Assembly: GCA_965197475.1 (NCBI GenBank)
Contig: CBDANF010000003.1
Coordinates: 2,304,001-2,368,000, forward strand
From: Candidatus Poribacteria bacterium
GTDB lineage: Bacteria; Poribacteria; WGA-4E; WGA-3G
Direction of reading: 5' to 3'
DNA: 64,000 nt
A program made the position numbers and the translations under genes. Positions 62,192 through 64,000 of the stretch are shown here, piece after piece (the first letter of the stretch is position 1; each line of letters begins with the position of its first letter). The notes beneath the pieces were generated by a model that saw only the letters and a list, made by a program, of their open reading frames with translations, had not been told where the DNA came from and made no database searches.

Positions 62192-63475
62192 ATGGAAACA
62201 CTTACAATTGCGAATGGCGACATCTATACCCCAGCACATTACGGCAAGGGAACCGTCGTCATTCAAAACAATACAATTTCAGCAATAACAAAAGAGCAGC
62301 TCCCACCGTCAGAAGAGGTTATTGATGCAACAGGGTGTCTTGTCCTTCCTGGACTGATTGATGGTTTAATCCATGGCGGCGGCGGTTGCGATAGCATGAC
62401 GGGTAAGACTGAAGATATTGCTACAATTGCCCGTGCACATGCTGTTAACGGGGTTACGTCGTTAGTAGTGGGCATCTCCTCTGGAAGTATGGAGCAGATA
62501 AACGCATCCCTAACAGCAATTGCGCATGTCGTTGACCAACCGGTAGCAGATGGTGCACGGATTATAGGGTCGTATGTTGAGGGAAAATTCGGCAGTCTCG
62601 CGAAAAATGGCGCACAAAACGCCAAGTACATTACTCCACCAAACTTTGAAGAATTCCACACAATGTGGGCAGCCTCTGATGGCACACTAAAAGTGATTTC
62701 TGTCGCTCCAGAAAACGATGAGGATTTGCAGTTTATCAAACATCTCGCTAAGCACAAAGCAGATGCCTATAACAACATCGTTATTGCAATGGGGCACACA
62801 AACGCAACGTATCAACAAGCGATGGATGCCATTGATGCAGGCATAACTCGTGCCACACACACCTACAACGGCATGAGCGGCATGCACCACCGTGACCTCG
62901 GTGCGCTTGAAGCCGTTTTCGCACATCCTAACATACATGCCGAATTGATTGTTGATGAACACCACGTTCACCCTTTTTGGGGTAAACATCTGATCCAACA
63001 TAAAGGGATTTCAGGTGTTGGATTGATTACAGATTGCACTGAACATGCGGGGTTTCCTGCAGAAGAATGGCAAAAAGATGCTATTTATGAATCTGAACAT
63101 GATGCCTACCATCTGAACGCCGCAGATCCTGAAATATCTGATTCTTCACAAAAATACATAAAAAACGGCGCAATGTGGTTAGATGTCGGTAAACCTAATG
63201 AACGACTTGCAGGCGCGATCATTACTCTTATGGGTGGCATTCGTAATGTTATCGGATGGGGATATTCTCTGGAAGATGCTTTGACGATGGCGACATTAAC
63301 ACCCGCTCAGAATTTGGGTGTGGATGATCGTGTGGGTTCAATTGCACCAGGAAAAGCTGCAGATGTAGTTATTGTTGACGAAAATTTCAACATTCAAAAC
63401 GTAATTATTGGCGGAAAAGTGATTTATGAATGTAAGAAAAATGGTGAAAATACCTTATTGTGCGGCTTTTTATAA
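62192..63475 (+). CDS. nagA: N-acetylglucosamine-6-phosphate deacetylase
   Basis: PGLID..HG, EG, APE, GHTNA, THTYNGM, D..H.HP, ITD and LAG. Confidence 0.88.
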   Translation: METLTIANGDIYTPAHYGKGTVVIQNNTISAITKEQLPPSEEVIDATGCLVLPGLIDGLIHGGGGCDSMTGKTEDIATIARAHAVNGVTSLVVGISSGSMEQINASLTAIAHVVDQPVADGARIIGSYVEGKFGSLAKNGAQNAKYITPPNFEEFHTMWAASDGTLKVISVAPENDEDLQFIKHLAKHKADAYNNIVIAMGHTNATYQQAMDAIDAGITRATHTYNGMSGMHHRDLGALEAVFAHPNIHAELIVDEHHVHPFWGKHLIQHKGISGVGLITDCTEHAGFPAEEWQKDAIYESEHDAYHLNAADPEISDSSQKYIKNGAMWLDVGKPNERLAGAIITLMGGIRNVIGWGYSLEDALTMATLTPAQNLGVDDRVGSIAPGKAADVVIVDENFNIQNVIIGGKVIYECKKNGENTLLCGFL

Positions 63476-63581
63476 AAAAGTTGCAATTTTTGAAACCTAC
63501 AACGAGATACATACGTAATTCGTTGTAGGAAGCAGAAAACTATACTAACGCTTATCATATTTCTGCCCAAGGGGAAGTAAA

Positions 63582-63728
63582 ATGAAGAACCGACATATTA
63601 ATACCACAATCCAAAAAATAAACACGTCAGCCACCTGTTACCTGAGAAGGATTTGTCCACGCGAGATATGTTGGTCGGCATATTTTAACTATAAGTTAAT
63701 ACCCCCCCCCCCACTTCACATTCGTTAA
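63582..63728 (+). other. Putative leader ORF (48 aa) containing a C11 tract at 63702-63712
   Basis: AAGGGG before ATG 63582. Translation MKNRHIN...KLIPPPPLHIR*. Confidence 0.4.
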
Positions 63729-63923
63729 TTTTATTGCTTTACAAGGTTTTATCGCAGACGTTAGCAGCTGCGATATTTTCGCGCCCGCACGCGCGCTTCG
63801 TTTCAAACGGAGTGTCTCGCTGTGGGCTTTTGTTGTTTATGGAAAAAGTCACGATTTATGTTGAATCGCAGTTGAGTCTTTGTTTAGTTTTACTTGAAAA
63901 ATTTTAACGGAGGAGATATAATT

Positions 63924-64000
63924 GTGAAAAAGAAACTTTTAAAGGTAGGGTTCACCACAGCACTTATTGTTTTCATTGGTGGAGGGCTGCTCTTTAGCAC
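63924..64000 (+). CDS. 5' end of a secreted or membrane protein (runs off window)
   Basis: GGAGGAG RBS and GTG start. MKKKLLKVGFTTALIVFIGGGLLFS looks like a signal peptide. Confidence 0.7.
   Translation, partial: MKKKLLKVGFTTALIVFIGGGLLFS

Overview
This is a bacterial chromosomal window, most likely from Candidatus Poribacteria. That assignment is inferred from the C-terminal 'VDAKEKLTTQWASVK' motif on a secreted CBM protein and from the TPR/trypsin, PhyH, CotH and PQQ-propeller gene content. Housekeeping and metabolic genes include the icd 5' end with a divergent citrate synthase, a MoxR/DUF58/BatA/vWA cluster, infA-rsgA-GNAT, tRNA-Arg(CCG), dut-thyA-folA and nagA. Five IS elements or remnants are present: IS701/ISAba11-like, IS5, IS982, IS3 and an IS4-clan element. 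There are also toxin-antitoxin-like pairs, REP-like palindromes and AT-rich accessory genes. The best candidates for new biology are four: (1) two ALKBH8-like dioxygenases, each starting with the beta-clamp motif QLSLF, flanking an uncharacterised SAM-methyltransferase-like gene; (2) an infA-rsgA-GNAT unit followed by a 10-codon ORF, two palindromes and a terminator; (3) a poly-C tract inside a leader ORF whose alternative frame ends at the next gene's RBS; (4) a fused nuclease-methyltransferase with its own promoter inside the MoxR cluster. Several single-base frameshifts at short homopolymers may be assembly errors. All calls come from motif recognition by eye; no searches were run.
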